Below are positions 43,974 to 53,560 of a stretch of DNA of 64,000 nucleotides, in pieces. A model generated the notes under the pieces. The model was not told where the DNA came from. It made no database searches and saw only the letters and a list, made by a program, of their open reading frames with translations. Source of the stretch: Candidatus Latescibacterota bacterium (lineage in GTDB: Bacteria; Latescibacterota; UBA2968; UBA8231); the NCBI GenBank assembly GCA_965203175.1, contig OZ241867.1, forward strand, positions 2,112,001 through 2,176,000, in the 5' to 3' direction. The stretch's first letter is position 1. Every line of letters begins with the position of its first letter. The translations under genes were made by a program, and so were the position numbers.

Positions 43974-46643
43974 CTATTCCAATCCCGCATAGATCGTTAT
44001 AAAGGTCTGACTCGTGTACCGCGCCTCTTTCTCTTTGAAGTCCTGGCGCTCGATGCGCAGCCCGGCTAGGGCGTGGAGGCTGTAACCCAAGTACTGAGAC
44101 TGATTAGTAAACTGAACCGCGCCGGTAATGGAGTTGAAGTCATTGGCATCGACGTCGAAGTCGTTAAAAATCAGGTACTCGATGCCTGCTTGGAGCTGGG
44201 TGGCTCTCAGGAGGCGAGTTTCGACGACGGCCGAAAACAGTTCGTAGAGGCTGGTGGAATGCTCTAGGGCAAAGAGGCTGCGCGACTGCTTGCGGAACTC
44301 GCTTTTCCAGCGCGGCTCCAAACTCAACTGGCCCAAGGCATAGCGGTAGCTGGCCTTGTTAATCACCCCAAAGAAGAAATCTTGTTCGTCTAGCTCTAGG
44401 GCCTGCCGGCGGGCTTCGCTCATTAGCTGGCGGAAGCGCACGTAGTTGACTTTGGTCTGTACGCGATAGGAGGTCGATTGCAAGTTGTGCCCTACAAAGA
44501 GCTGGTTGATCCAAGTGTCGCGGGCCAACAAGGGGTCTTCGACCTTGGTCAACTCGCCGCCGCGCAAGGTATTGTCCGGTGCCCACTGCAAGAGGGGATT
44601 GGGAATGTCGTCTTCTACCAATTTGCTCATTTCAAAGAAGCGCAAGCGCCCAAAGCGCGGGGAGTTGTTGTCGTACGTCACGAGGGCGTAGGTGCTCTTG
44701 TTTTGCTGGTTCGACGAGATGAGTTCCTCGCGCAGCGCGCCGACCATCACCTTGAACTGCGGCGTCAAGTCGGCACCCCCGTACACATTGTACCCGCGGT
44801 GGTCGCGGCGATAGGGGTAATCTGGCTCTTCGTCGTTTTCGTACTGGTCGATCCAGAAGTTGTTGTTCATGTCCATCCCGAAGAGAAATTCCGGACGGTC
44901 GGAATGGAAGCGGAGGAAAGGCTCTTCGTAGTCGGGCACGGCGTTGGAGCGCACGAAGTTGTCGTTTTGGTTGATGTCGGGCACGAAGTCGTTGTTTTGG
45001 TCCCAGCCCGGGAAGACTTGGGAATCGCCTTGGAGCCAGTCGAAGCGCACTGTGTCGGGGTAGCGGTCTTGGTCGTCGTTGTCTTCGACGAGTTCGACGA
45101 TACCCTCGCGCTCGCTGTCGTATTCGATCTCGCCCGTGCCCGTGGTGACAAAGGTCCGCGTATTGTAGAGCGGATCCATGCTGTACGCCTCGCCGAAGAC
45201 AAAGAAGGGGTCAGCCTTTTTGGACGCGTTCACCATCCAAGCCGGTGCCCGGCGGCGACCGCCGATGCCGGACGTAGTGTGGTGCTCGTCGCGCAGGACG
45301 TTGGGGTACTTGCGGTAGCTCACGCTCAAGTCGTATTCGGCGTACAGGTCAAAGCCCTTGTAGTCGCGTATTTCGATGTTGCCGCCGAAGATGTGGGTCG
45401 CTGTCGGCAGGCCGTATTCGAAGCGGATGGTCTGCAAATTGGTGATGTCTTGCACGTTGCCGTCGGCTTGGGCCACGAGCAGTAGCACGGCCTCCCCGTC
45501 GCGGTTGACTTGGCGGTCAGAGGTTATCCAGACCTGGTAGTCGTTGCCCAGCACGAGGCGGAACTCGACTTTGACGATGTCCTCTTTGGGAAACGAGGCC
45601 CGATCGACAAAGGCCGGGCTGTCGAAGTCGTAGCTGAGGCGTATCTCCTCGGGGCCGTTGGCGGCGATGTAGCCCTGCTGGACAAAACCACCCTCGATGA
45701 CCGGCTCGAACTGGATGTCTTTGCCGGCATCGACGGTGCCGTCCTCGTAGGTGATCAGCACGTCTGAACCGGCTTGGAAGAAGGCGGCCCCGCCCGTTCC
45801 GTCGCCCGGAGAATCGTCGCGCAGGACGATCTGAATCAGCGACACGGTCTTGTTTTGAGCCACGGTCAAAGCACCGGAAAACGGGTTGCCCACTAGGCGG
45901 TCCGAAAGCGTGTTCGACTGGTGGGCGTTGACCGCGTGCAGGCCCAATAGCAAGGCGTCGCTGAGTTGGTAGGCGAAGCGCCCGCCGAAGAGCGTGGTGT
46001 TGTTAGTGCGAAGCACTTCTTGGTTTTCGGTCGTCGAGCCGCCTGGATTGCTCAAGCGCGAATAGATGAGCGTCCCTTCGTAGCGGTCGGTGGCGAGGTC
46101 GAACTGCACGCCGTCCATGCGCGGTTTGGAAAAGACCATCGGCGAGATCACCGAGCGCATCTGCGCGCTGGTCGTCAAGGTGTAGAAGTATTGGCCCTTG
46201 GCGTCTGAGGCGATGACCACGTCGGAAAACCACTGTTGGAAGCGGTCGGACTTGAGCAGCGAGTTGCCGAACTGCTGGGGCTTGCTCTGGGAGTTGTTGA
46301 AGATCAACCAGCCACGGGTGAGAAAATTGCCGTACAAGTCGTAAAAGTAGTCGCCTTCGAGGCTGATATCGACGTAGCGCTGGTAGGGGTTGCGGGCGTA
46401 GTTGGTGTACTGCCACTGGCGCCAGTGGTACTCTTTGTAGAGCTCCTGCGGCACGTACCAGCGGCGCACTGCCGGGTCGAGAACGCCGAGCATGACGTCT
46501 GGCCCTTGAGGTGCAAAGGAGGTTTCGTCGCCCTGTTGCAGCCCTAGGCGCGAGCTGTAATCGACTTGGCCGGCCGCCTCTTGAGCTGCGCCGGCGGCGA
46601 CGAGTAGCAAAACGATGCTTATTCTAATGGTAACAGTGTGCAT
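43974..46643 (-). CDS. Large exported protein, predicted outer-membrane beta-barrel with Asp-rich loops
   Basis: Signal peptide; same motifs as 35335-37920; ends FITIYAGLE. Confidence 0.6.
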   Translation of the reverse strand: MHTVTIRISIVLLLVAAGAAQEAAGQVDYSSRLGLQQGDETSFAPQGPDVMLGVLDPAVRRWYVPQELYKEYHWRQWQYTNYARNPYQRYVDISLEGDYFYDLYGNFLTRGWLIFNNSQSKPQQFGNSLLKSDRFQQWFSDVVIASDAKGQYFYTLTTSAQMRSVISPMVFSKPRMDGVQFDLATDRYEGTLIYSRLSNPGGSTTENQEVLRTNNTTLFGGRFAYQLSDALLLGLHAVNAHQSNTLSDRLVGNPFSGALTVAQNKTVSLIQIVLRDDSPGDGTGGAAFFQAGSDVLITYEDGTVDAGKDIQFEPVIEGGFVQQGYIAANGPEEIRLSYDFDSPAFVDRASFPKEDIVKVEFRLVLGNDYQVWITSDRQVNRDGEAVLLLVAQADGNVQDITNLQTIRFEYGLPTATHIFGGNIEIRDYKGFDLYAEYDLSVSYRKYPNVLRDEHHTTSGIGGRRRAPAWMVNASKKADPFFVFGEAYSMDPLYNTRTFVTTGTGEIEYDSEREGIVELVEDNDDQDRYPDTVRFDWLQGDSQVFPGWDQNNDFVPDINQNDNFVRSNAVPDYEEPFLRFHSDRPEFLFGMDMNNNFWIDQYENDEEPDYPYRRDHRGYNVYGGADLTPQFKVMVGALREELISSNQQNKSTYALVTYDNNSPRFGRLRFFEMSKLVEDDIPNPLLQWAPDNTLRGGELTKVEDPLLARDTWINQLFVGHNLQSTSYRVQTKVNYVRFRQLMSEARRQALELDEQDFFFGVINKASYRYALGQLSLEPRWKSEFRKQSRSLFALEHSTSLYELFSAVVETRLLRATQLQAGIEYLIFNDFDVDANDFNSITGAVQFTNQSQYLGYSLHALAGLRIERQDFKEKEARYTSQTFITIYAGLE

Positions 46644-46661
46644 GGCGTTCTCTTTTCGCCC

Positions 46662-49600
46662 CTAATAGGCTACCGCGATGAGTTGGGATCGCCGTTGTCC
46701 GGCGCTGTCTTCGGCGTCGGTGTCCACGTCGATCTGGCAGATGTAGAGTCCAGGTGGCACGACGCGGCCATGGTCGTCCTTGCCGTCCCAGATAAAGCGC
46801 TGGTGACCGCCTTGGGCCGTGCCCTCTAAAAGGCGCATGGGCCGCCCGTCGAGGGCCCAAATGCGGACGGCTGCCGGCCGCTCGGCATAGACTTTGAACA
46901 GCGAGAACTCGATTTGGGCGACGTCGTTTACGAGGTCGCCGTTGGGCGTGAAGGGATTGGGCGCGACCGAGAGGTCGCCGACGATCTGCTCGGCACCAAG
47001 CGCGGCGATCGACAGAGTTTGCGACGGCCGCAGCGCAGTGGCGTCGGCAGCGTCAGCGGGCTGATAGGGCGTACCAGCCGCTTGGTTGCGCACCGCCACC
47101 TTTAGCTTGGTGCCGTGGAGGAAGACCTTGGACGCAAAGCGCAGGCGCACGAGTCGGCCGTGGCCGACGACCCACCCTCTGGCGCGGCCTAGCCGGTTGT
47201 ACTGGGCTGCGCTGAGCGTGTCACCGGTCTCGTCGAAAAGCGTCTGGTTGCCCAGACCGACGACCTTGCGGAAGTAGCGCACGGGTCCTTGGGACTCGGG
47301 CGGTAGCTCGTCGTAGGCCGCGCGATCGACTTCCGCTAGCTCTTCTCCGGCAATGCGGAAGTAGCGCACTGCACCGCGCACGGCGTCTGGGAGCAGGGCG
47401 TGCGAGGTCGCTGTCAAGAGCTGGCCGTCGATGCTGGTGGGCACTTCCTCGCCATCGGCAGCCGTGCGAAAATATAGCTGGGGTAGCGCATCGGTGTCGC
47501 TGAGGGCGACCTCTGGGAGGCGCACTAGGAGCGAGTCGCCTTGCAGCATTTGGCCGTCGGTACTTGCCAAGCCCAAGAGCGATTGCGGCGCTCCAGATGC
47601 GAACTGCTCCTCGGTGCCTATTGCCACATCGATAAGCTGCATGTCGAGTCCCGGATCAGCGCTGATGAGCATCTCGTCGAACCCGAGGCTGCGGACCGAG
47701 GTGGGCCGCTCCAAGAACTGGGGTTGGACGAAGATCTCAAAGGTGTCCAGAACCCCCACTTGGGCCTCGGGCGGCCAGACTTCGGCTCGCAGCCCGAGGG
47801 CGACGGGAGTGTGCAACTCTACGGAGAGATTCTCTAGCGCTGGTGCGATCTGGCGGTCCTCGCTGAGCAGGCGGGCCTGAATTTGCATGAATTTGCGCAG
47901 GCTGGGTGACGTTACCGGGTCGCCGGGTTGCTGGTACTGCTGGCTCCAAGCACTCCAGCCCGGGCCTATGGCAAAGGACGTGTCGATTGGCCCTTTGAGG
48001 AAGGCGAGGAGCTTCTTGTGCTCGGCCGCGGTCTTTTCAATGCCATTGCTGTCGTAGAAGCGTATCCGCTGGATAAGTTGGTCGCCAGTGCGGGTGCGAA
48101 TCTCGACTTTAGTGCCCGGCGGCGTGTCGGCCTCCCAGTGGATACTGCCCAAGGTCACCAGCCCAGGCAGCTCAATCAGAGCGGACTCTATCTCGACTTC
48201 CGCGGGCACGCCCTCGGCAAATAGCATCAGTTCGTTGAAGCTAGACCAGAAGCGGTCGGTGCGGTTTTGGGTATCGCCGATGAAGTTGGCGAAAGTCAAT
48301 AAATCGAGGAAGCGCACCTTGCGCACGGGGTCCTGCACATCGTTGAGGTAGCCAAAGAATCCGTGATCGACGTTGGTTACTCGCTCCGGCGGGGTGATTG
48401 CGCGCCAGCGCAGCTTGCCTTGGGCGTCGCGTTCTCCGGTTGATGACCGCATCTGATAGCCTCGGATGTTGCCGCCGACGACGCGGATTTGGTCCAACCA
48501 TACCGTGCCGCCGATGTCGATGGTTAGCACGTTGCCACCCGGGTTGAGGGGGTCTTGGGTGGGTTGCTGATAACGGCTGCTGATATCCCCGTCGAAAGCC
48601 GGTGCCGGCGTCTTGCCAGCCGAGGTCAGGTCCAAAGTGCCGCCACCTTCGACTAGGCCGAGGCTGATGTTGTCTCCCCAGCCCCACGCCTCGACCTCGG
48701 CTAGGCGCGGCAATTCCCGGCGGTAGAATTCCCTGCGCCCGCGGCGCTCTTCCTCTAGGGACTCGTAGGTTTCAGCGTCCACCGGCTCTTCGCGGCCGGC
48801 GAAGTCGCGCACGAAGTGGACGATGTCGCCGCGTTCGTGCGCCGGCAGCGCCTCCCACGCGGCTTGGTCGATTTGCTCGGCCCGCCCGCCGCGCGTGTCG
48901 GTGATTACGATGCGGATGGTTTCGATGACCTTGCCGGTCCAGGCCGGATCGGCGCCGCCTTGGTGCAGTCTCTTGACGCTGCCGGTCCCGCCGGAGGCAT
49001 CTACGAGGCCGAGGTTGACTAGTGCCCCCTCGGTTGCGGCTGCACTTTCAAAGAAGAAGTCGCGCTGCTGGGTATTGGGCCCTTCGTGGGGGACGAACAG
49101 CTCAAAGCTAACCTTGCGATCATCGGTAAGCGATAGTGTCTGGTTCCGTGCCAAGAGGAGGAGGTACTTGAAGAACGGATCGCCCAGTCCCTCTTCGACG
49201 AAGCGCACGGAAATGCCCTCCACGGGCACGGCGCGGCCCAGATCGACCTCGACCCACCACTGCTCGATGGGATCGTCTGGGTCGGGTTCCCAGAAGGTGG
49301 TCGGATCGCCGTCGACGATGTTGGCCGCCATCTCGATGTTGGAGCCAGCGCGGCTGACCCCAGGTCGCACCAGATAGTCGTATACGAAATTTTTCTGGGT
49401 GTCTTGAACGGGTCGGCCGAGCACATCTACTTTCAGGGTGCTATCCACATTGAGGATGCGCGGGTCTTTGTTGGTGATCTCGACCGGACGGGCGATACTG
49501 GGATCGGAAAGGACGTTGTAGATGGAGCGCAGGTGCCGTGGACGCACCGCGCCCGAGTTGTCGATGGTGGTCAGGTGTGCGGGTTTTTTCCAGTGCTCCC

Positions 49601-49721
49601 AGTGGCTGCGCCCGGATACGACGATGCGGTCATCGACGATGTCGTACCCTTGCTGGGCGCTGGCTGGTAGCCATGCCCACAACAGGCAGTACGCGATGGC
49701 ACCCCATTTTATTCTTATCAC
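46662..49721 (-). CDS. Large secreted protein with discoidin-like domains and FlgD-Ig/T9SS-CTD-like tail
   Basis: Signal peptide; DGDPTTFW..WVEVDLG; PNPFTPNGDLVND, WDGKDDHG..VPPGLY, ends AVAY. Confidence 0.75.
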   Translation of the reverse strand: MIRIKWGAIAYCLLWAWLPASAQQGYDIVDDRIVVSGRSHWEHWKKPAHLTTIDNSGAVRPRHLRSIYNVLSDPSIARPVEITNKDPRILNVDSTLKVDVLGRPVQDTQKNFVYDYLVRPGVSRAGSNIEMAANIVDGDPTTFWEPDPDDPIEQWWVEVDLGRAVPVEGISVRFVEEGLGDPFFKYLLLLARNQTLSLTDDRKVSFELFVPHEGPNTQQRDFFFESAAATEGALVNLGLVDASGGTGSVKRLHQGGADPAWTGKVIETIRIVITDTRGGRAEQIDQAAWEALPAHERGDIVHFVRDFAGREEPVDAETYESLEEERRGRREFYRRELPRLAEVEAWGWGDNISLGLVEGGGTLDLTSAGKTPAPAFDGDISSRYQQPTQDPLNPGGNVLTIDIGGTVWLDQIRVVGGNIRGYQMRSSTGERDAQGKLRWRAITPPERVTNVDHGFFGYLNDVQDPVRKVRFLDLLTFANFIGDTQNRTDRFWSSFNELMLFAEGVPAEVEIESALIELPGLVTLGSIHWEADTPPGTKVEIRTRTGDQLIQRIRFYDSNGIEKTAAEHKKLLAFLKGPIDTSFAIGPGWSAWSQQYQQPGDPVTSPSLRKFMQIQARLLSEDRQIAPALENLSVELHTPVALGLRAEVWPPEAQVGVLDTFEIFVQPQFLERPTSVRSLGFDEMLISADPGLDMQLIDVAIGTEEQFASGAPQSLLGLASTDGQMLQGDSLLVRLPEVALSDTDALPQLYFRTAADGEEVPTSIDGQLLTATSHALLPDAVRGAVRYFRIAGEELAEVDRAAYDELPPESQGPVRYFRKVVGLGNQTLFDETGDTLSAAQYNRLGRARGWVVGHGRLVRLRFASKVFLHGTKLKVAVRNQAAGTPYQPADAADATALRPSQTLSIAALGAEQIVGDLSVAPNPFTPNGDLVNDVAQIEFSLFKVYAERPAAVRIWALDGRPMRLLEGTAQGGHQRFIWDGKDDHGRVVPPGLYICQIDVDTDAEDSAGQRRSQLIAVAY

Positions 49722-49733
49722 GATGGCACCTCC

Positions 49734-51338
49734 TTACAGGCGCTCGGCGAATAAGGCGACTTGGCTTTCGCGCTCGGCGCGCAGGCGTTGGATGAGCTCA
49801 TCCATGAGTTCGTTTCTGCGCCTTGCTTCCAAGATACCCCGCGCTTGCGCTCGCGCTTGGGCGAAGGGTTTAATGTCGCCGCCTTCCTTTTGGCGCACTC
49901 GGAATACGGCAAATTGGTCTAGCACCTCTACTGGTCCACCCCATTCGCCGATCTCTGCGGCAAAGGTCGCGTCCACGAGCTGGGGATAGCGCGCCCGCAC
50001 CACCTTGCGCAGGCGCAGCGCCCCGTCGTCGTGCGGATCGCCATGGGTTTCGACGCCTGGACGGGCCAACAGCTCGGCTATGGTGCTGCCGTTTGCGAGG
50101 GCTTCGCGCAACTCCTGGGCCTGCTCGCGGGTGGGCGCGAGGAGCTGGTTGATGTGGACGGATTCGGCCGTGCGGAAGCGCGTTTTGTTCGCCTCGTAGT
50201 ACGCGGCGACTGCCTCCTCGCTGGGGATGGCCTTTGTCGCTGTTTCTACTTTGGTGAGCTGCTGCAAAACGAGGGCCTTCCGCTTGCGCTCGCGCCACTC
50301 GGCGAAGTCGGCCTCTCGATCCCATCCGCGCCGCTGGGCTGCCGCGGTCATCAGATAGGCTGGCAAGAGCGCGGCGCGGGCCAACGAGACGACTTGGGCG
50401 CTGTCTTGCAACGCGCCCCGGAAGCCGACCGAGCGCAGGTCGTGGAGGTATTCGCCCAAGGGAATCGCTCCGCCGTCAAAGCGGTAGAGGGGAAGTGCGG
50501 CGAGCGAGTCGGCGAGCTCCGGCTCGGCCAGCAAGGCTTGCAGGCCCTCGTGGTCCAACTGGAGGCCCAAGGAGCGGCTCAGAGTTTCCACTTCGATTTG
50601 CAGGCGACTCTGCCACTTTTCGCGGTGCGCCGCGCTGGCGGCTTCTGCTGCGTAGTCGGCCTTGTCGGCAGTTCGGTCTTCGACAAAGCGGTAGATCTGC
50701 CAGCCGCCCGCCAGCGGTAGCGGTTCGGCGACTTGGCCGACCGGCAGGGAGAGGAAGGTCTGCGGCGGAATGGCAAAGCGCTGCGCTTGGGTGCGCCCAA
50801 TCCAACCGACGACGCCGTCGCCCTGTGGGGCAAAAAGGTCGTTGGCCGCAAAGTGCTGCGCTAATTCGGCGAAAGGTTCGCCCTCGTGCAGGGCCTGCAA
50901 TACGCGGTGCACATCTTGTTGCTGCCGCACTAGAATCCGCGCAAAGAGCCGCTCGCGGTCAAAGCCCATATCGACGAAGGTGCGCTCGACTTCCTCGGGC
51001 GTCACCTCGACTTGGGGTGCGAGCACTTCGGCTTGGTAGCGCTGGGAGAGCCGCTTGCGGACGAGGGCGTTTAGTTGGTAGCGGACCTCGTCGCTTTGCT
51101 CGATTCCCCTAGCGCGGGCCTCTTGCAGCAGCAGTTCCTGATCGACGAGGGACTGTAGGTGGTCGCGTGCGTCCTCGCTCTGCAAGCCGGGCGGCAAGCG
51201 CTCGACAAAGCGCAGGTACTCGGCCTTGGTGAGGGCCACGTCGCCGATTTGGGCCACGACGGGGTCGTCTGGCGCGCAGCCAAACAGGGCCAAGAGGGCG
51301 ATGGCGCGCCACAGGGAGCGGGGAGTAGCGATAAACAT
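49734..51338 (-). CDS. Lipoprotein foldase with two PpiC/parvulin domains (SurA/PrsA-like)
   Basis: Lipobox LFGC; FAELAQHFA..GVVGWI; second parvulin-like domain; start ATG 51338. Confidence 0.8.
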   Translation of the reverse strand: MFIATPRSLWRAIALLALFGCAPDDPVVAQIGDVALTKAEYLRFVERLPPGLQSEDARDHLQSLVDQELLLQEARARGIEQSDEVRYQLNALVRKRLSQRYQAEVLAPQVEVTPEEVERTFVDMGFDRERLFARILVRQQQDVHRVLQALHEGEPFAELAQHFAANDLFAPQGDGVVGWIGRTQAQRFAIPPQTFLSLPVGQVAEPLPLAGGWQIYRFVEDRTADKADYAAEAASAAHREKWQSRLQIEVETLSRSLGLQLDHEGLQALLAEPELADSLAALPLYRFDGGAIPLGEYLHDLRSVGFRGALQDSAQVVSLARAALLPAYLMTAAAQRRGWDREADFAEWRERKRKALVLQQLTKVETATKAIPSEEAVAAYYEANKTRFRTAESVHINQLLAPTREQAQELREALANGSTIAELLARPGVETHGDPHDDGALRLRKVVRARYPQLVDATFAAEIGEWGGPVEVLDQFAVFRVRQKEGGDIKPFAQARAQARGILEARRRNELMDELIQRLRAERESQVALFAERL

Positions 51339-51374
51339 GCTGTTTGATTTAATCAACAGCTAGGCGGGTGTCAA
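51339..51374 (-). promoter_or_regulatory. Promoter of the envelope operon, probably leaderless
   Basis: Minus strand TTGACA-17 bp-TAAATC-7 nt-ATG; no Shine-Dalgarno. Confidence 0.6.
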
Positions 51375-51431
51375 GTTTTTTGCCAAGATGACTAACTGTA
51401 ACTGTATGTAATTCTTGGCTTTATTTGTCTT

Positions 51432-53378
51432 TCAGTACATGCGGATCACGTTGCCCGTCATTCCGGTGAAGCCATCCACGACTAGCCACGCCCCGCCCGA
51501 AGCGAATTGCCCGAGTATCACTCCTAAAAAGAACCAACGCGTCGAGCGGTAGCCGTTCGGTCCCATGTATTTCAAGACGACGGATTTAATCAGCCAAGCG
51601 AGAAAGATGCTGAACCAGATGTTGCCGAGGATCCAGGTGCCGCTGGCCACGTAGCCTATGGGGTGCAGGGGCCACCACAACAAATGATGGCGCGCCCACA
51701 GCAAGAGCGCCATGACCGCGGCCCCCACCCCGTTCCAGAGCCACCCCAGCCAATAGGGCCCGGTCGGCGTCTCGATGAAGCGGGCGGCAAAGCGAAACGG
51801 CTCCCAGGCGAAAAGTCCGGAGAAATACTGGCGGTGCAGGTTGAGCGCCCCGTACTGGTAGCCCAAGTTCAAGGTCGCATAGATGGAGCCCAAAAGGCCA
51901 ATGACTAGCGCCGCTGTTAGCATCGCTAGGACGCGCCGCCGACCGATCTTGAGGCCGTGCAACATGCGGATGCTGTTGGCGCAGGGGGCCATCATAAAGA
52001 CCAGCAGGTCGCCCGCCCAAGCGAGGGTAAAGCCCAGCGCCATCATCCCCGTCGCCCCCAGCGCCGACGAGCCGACGCCCGAGACCACAAAGCCCGCGCC
52101 CGACAGCCCCTCCACGGCCGACGAGAGACCCGCTTCGACGATCACGCGGGTGAGGGCAAAGAAGATGGCAAACGCCGCGCCGAGAAACAGCACCACTGCC
52201 CACCAAGGCAACCCCGTCTGCCACAGCCACAAGCCCATGACGAGCATGCCCACGGCCAAGCCAACCACGGCCGTCCGATAGGACAGCAACTCCCCAGCTG
52301 CACTGCCGCCGGCTTTGGCCTGTTGCCACGCGGCCTTTAGATGCCCGCGCGCCGTCCACAGCCCCAAGACGACCAGCGCAATCATCGCGCCCATGCTCTG
52401 ATGGCTCAACATGCCCGTGGTGGGGCCGGCGTGGCTGTAAGCGTCGAGCTGTTCGGTGGTGAAGATGCCCAGGGTCGAGCAGGCCCATTCTTGGGCTTTG
52501 GCCAACACATAGAAAAACCACAAGCTGCCGGAGATTCCGGTGTTGATAAAATAGGCCAAGCCCATCATCAGGTAGTTGAGCCGGATGCGCAGGACAACTG
52601 CGTCGTGCCCCAAGGCTAGCGGCAGGTTGAGATCGACGCGCGGCGCGAATTCGTAGTAGTGGCTAAAGGAATTGATCGTATTGAGGATCGCCGGCACCGC
52701 AAAGCCAGCCCACATTATTGGATTGCGCAAAAAGGGCTTTATGCGCGCGGGCCGCGGGCCGTCTTCGATCATTCCCAACGGCACTTGGACTAGGGGGTAG
52801 AGCAGCCGCTCGTGGTCCATCCACTGTCGCCGCATAATTACCATTGCGCAGATGAGCACGAGGTAGAAGGCAGCCATAAAGAGCAACCACCAAAAAAGCG
52901 GCTCGGCCCAAGCTCCCCAAGGAATGGATTCGCCTCGGGGGAGTCCCTCGTAAAACTGCTTGATCGCCACCTCGTCTTGGACGATCATCCAAGTGGGGAT
53001 GTGGGGCACCAGTAACTCGGCCCAGTTGTTTTCTGGGGTCGCGTAGTAGAGCACGCTGGAAATGGCGGGGAGCGTGGCACCGGTAAAGCCCCGCGATGGG
53101 ATCGCCGTTGCCAGCATCATCATTGAGGTAATCAGCAGCAGTTCGGCGCGGTTGAACGCCCAGTGCCGCCGCACTAGCCCCAGCAGCGGTTGCACTAGCG
53201 CGAGCAAACAGAAGAGCAGGAAAAAGGCCGCTGGCGTCGATGAGCTCAGGCCCAACCGGGTGCCTTTGATCACGAATTCCCCATAGGGCAGGCCGACGGC
53301 GATCAGGGCGCAGAGTCCGAGGCCAGTCAGCATCGCCGGCAGGCGAATTGCGGGGGAGGGTTGGGGATCTGGGGACAT
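51432..53378 (-). CDS. DUF6785/DUF6784 polytopic membrane protein (putative transporter)
   Basis: RRQWMDHERLLYPL, SLWFFY, WWPLHPIGY, K...LKYMG. Confidence 0.8.
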   Translation of the reverse strand: MSPDPQPSPAIRLPAMLTGLGLCALIAVGLPYGEFVIKGTRLGLSSSTPAAFFLLFCLLALVQPLLGLVRRHWAFNRAELLLITSMMMLATAIPSRGFTGATLPAISSVLYYATPENNWAELLVPHIPTWMIVQDEVAIKQFYEGLPRGESIPWGAWAEPLFWWLLFMAAFYLVLICAMVIMRRQWMDHERLLYPLVQVPLGMIEDGPRPARIKPFLRNPIMWAGFAVPAILNTINSFSHYYEFAPRVDLNLPLALGHDAVVLRIRLNYLMMGLAYFINTGISGSLWFFYVLAKAQEWACSTLGIFTTEQLDAYSHAGPTTGMLSHQSMGAMIALVVLGLWTARGHLKAAWQQAKAGGSAAGELLSYRTAVVGLAVGMLVMGLWLWQTGLPWWAVVLFLGAAFAIFFALTRVIVEAGLSSAVEGLSGAGFVVSGVGSSALGATGMMALGFTLAWAGDLLVFMMAPCANSIRMLHGLKIGRRRVLAMLTAALVIGLLGSIYATLNLGYQYGALNLHRQYFSGLFAWEPFRFAARFIETPTGPYWLGWLWNGVGAAVMALLLWARHHLLWWPLHPIGYVASGTWILGNIWFSIFLAWLIKSVVLKYMGPNGYRSTRWFFLGVILGQFASGGAWLVVDGFTGMTGNVIRMY

Positions 53379-53560
53379 GAAGAAGTCTAAAAGGATGAAG
53401 TAGCGGGTACGCGGCGAAGTGGGAAACGTAGCCAAATCCGCGGATAGCCGTCAATAAATGGCTGTTCCCGCGACAAGAGATGGCGGCGGTCTGGTTGCTG
53501 TCTGTGGGAAAATGCCGCTAACTATCTGGACATCTGAGACCTTTTGCTAGACGAGGAGAT

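Noticed and set aside
37929-49721. Flagellar hook-cap genes
   Set aside because: Only the FlgD-like Ig tail is present, on Sec-signal proteins, with no flagellar genes nearby
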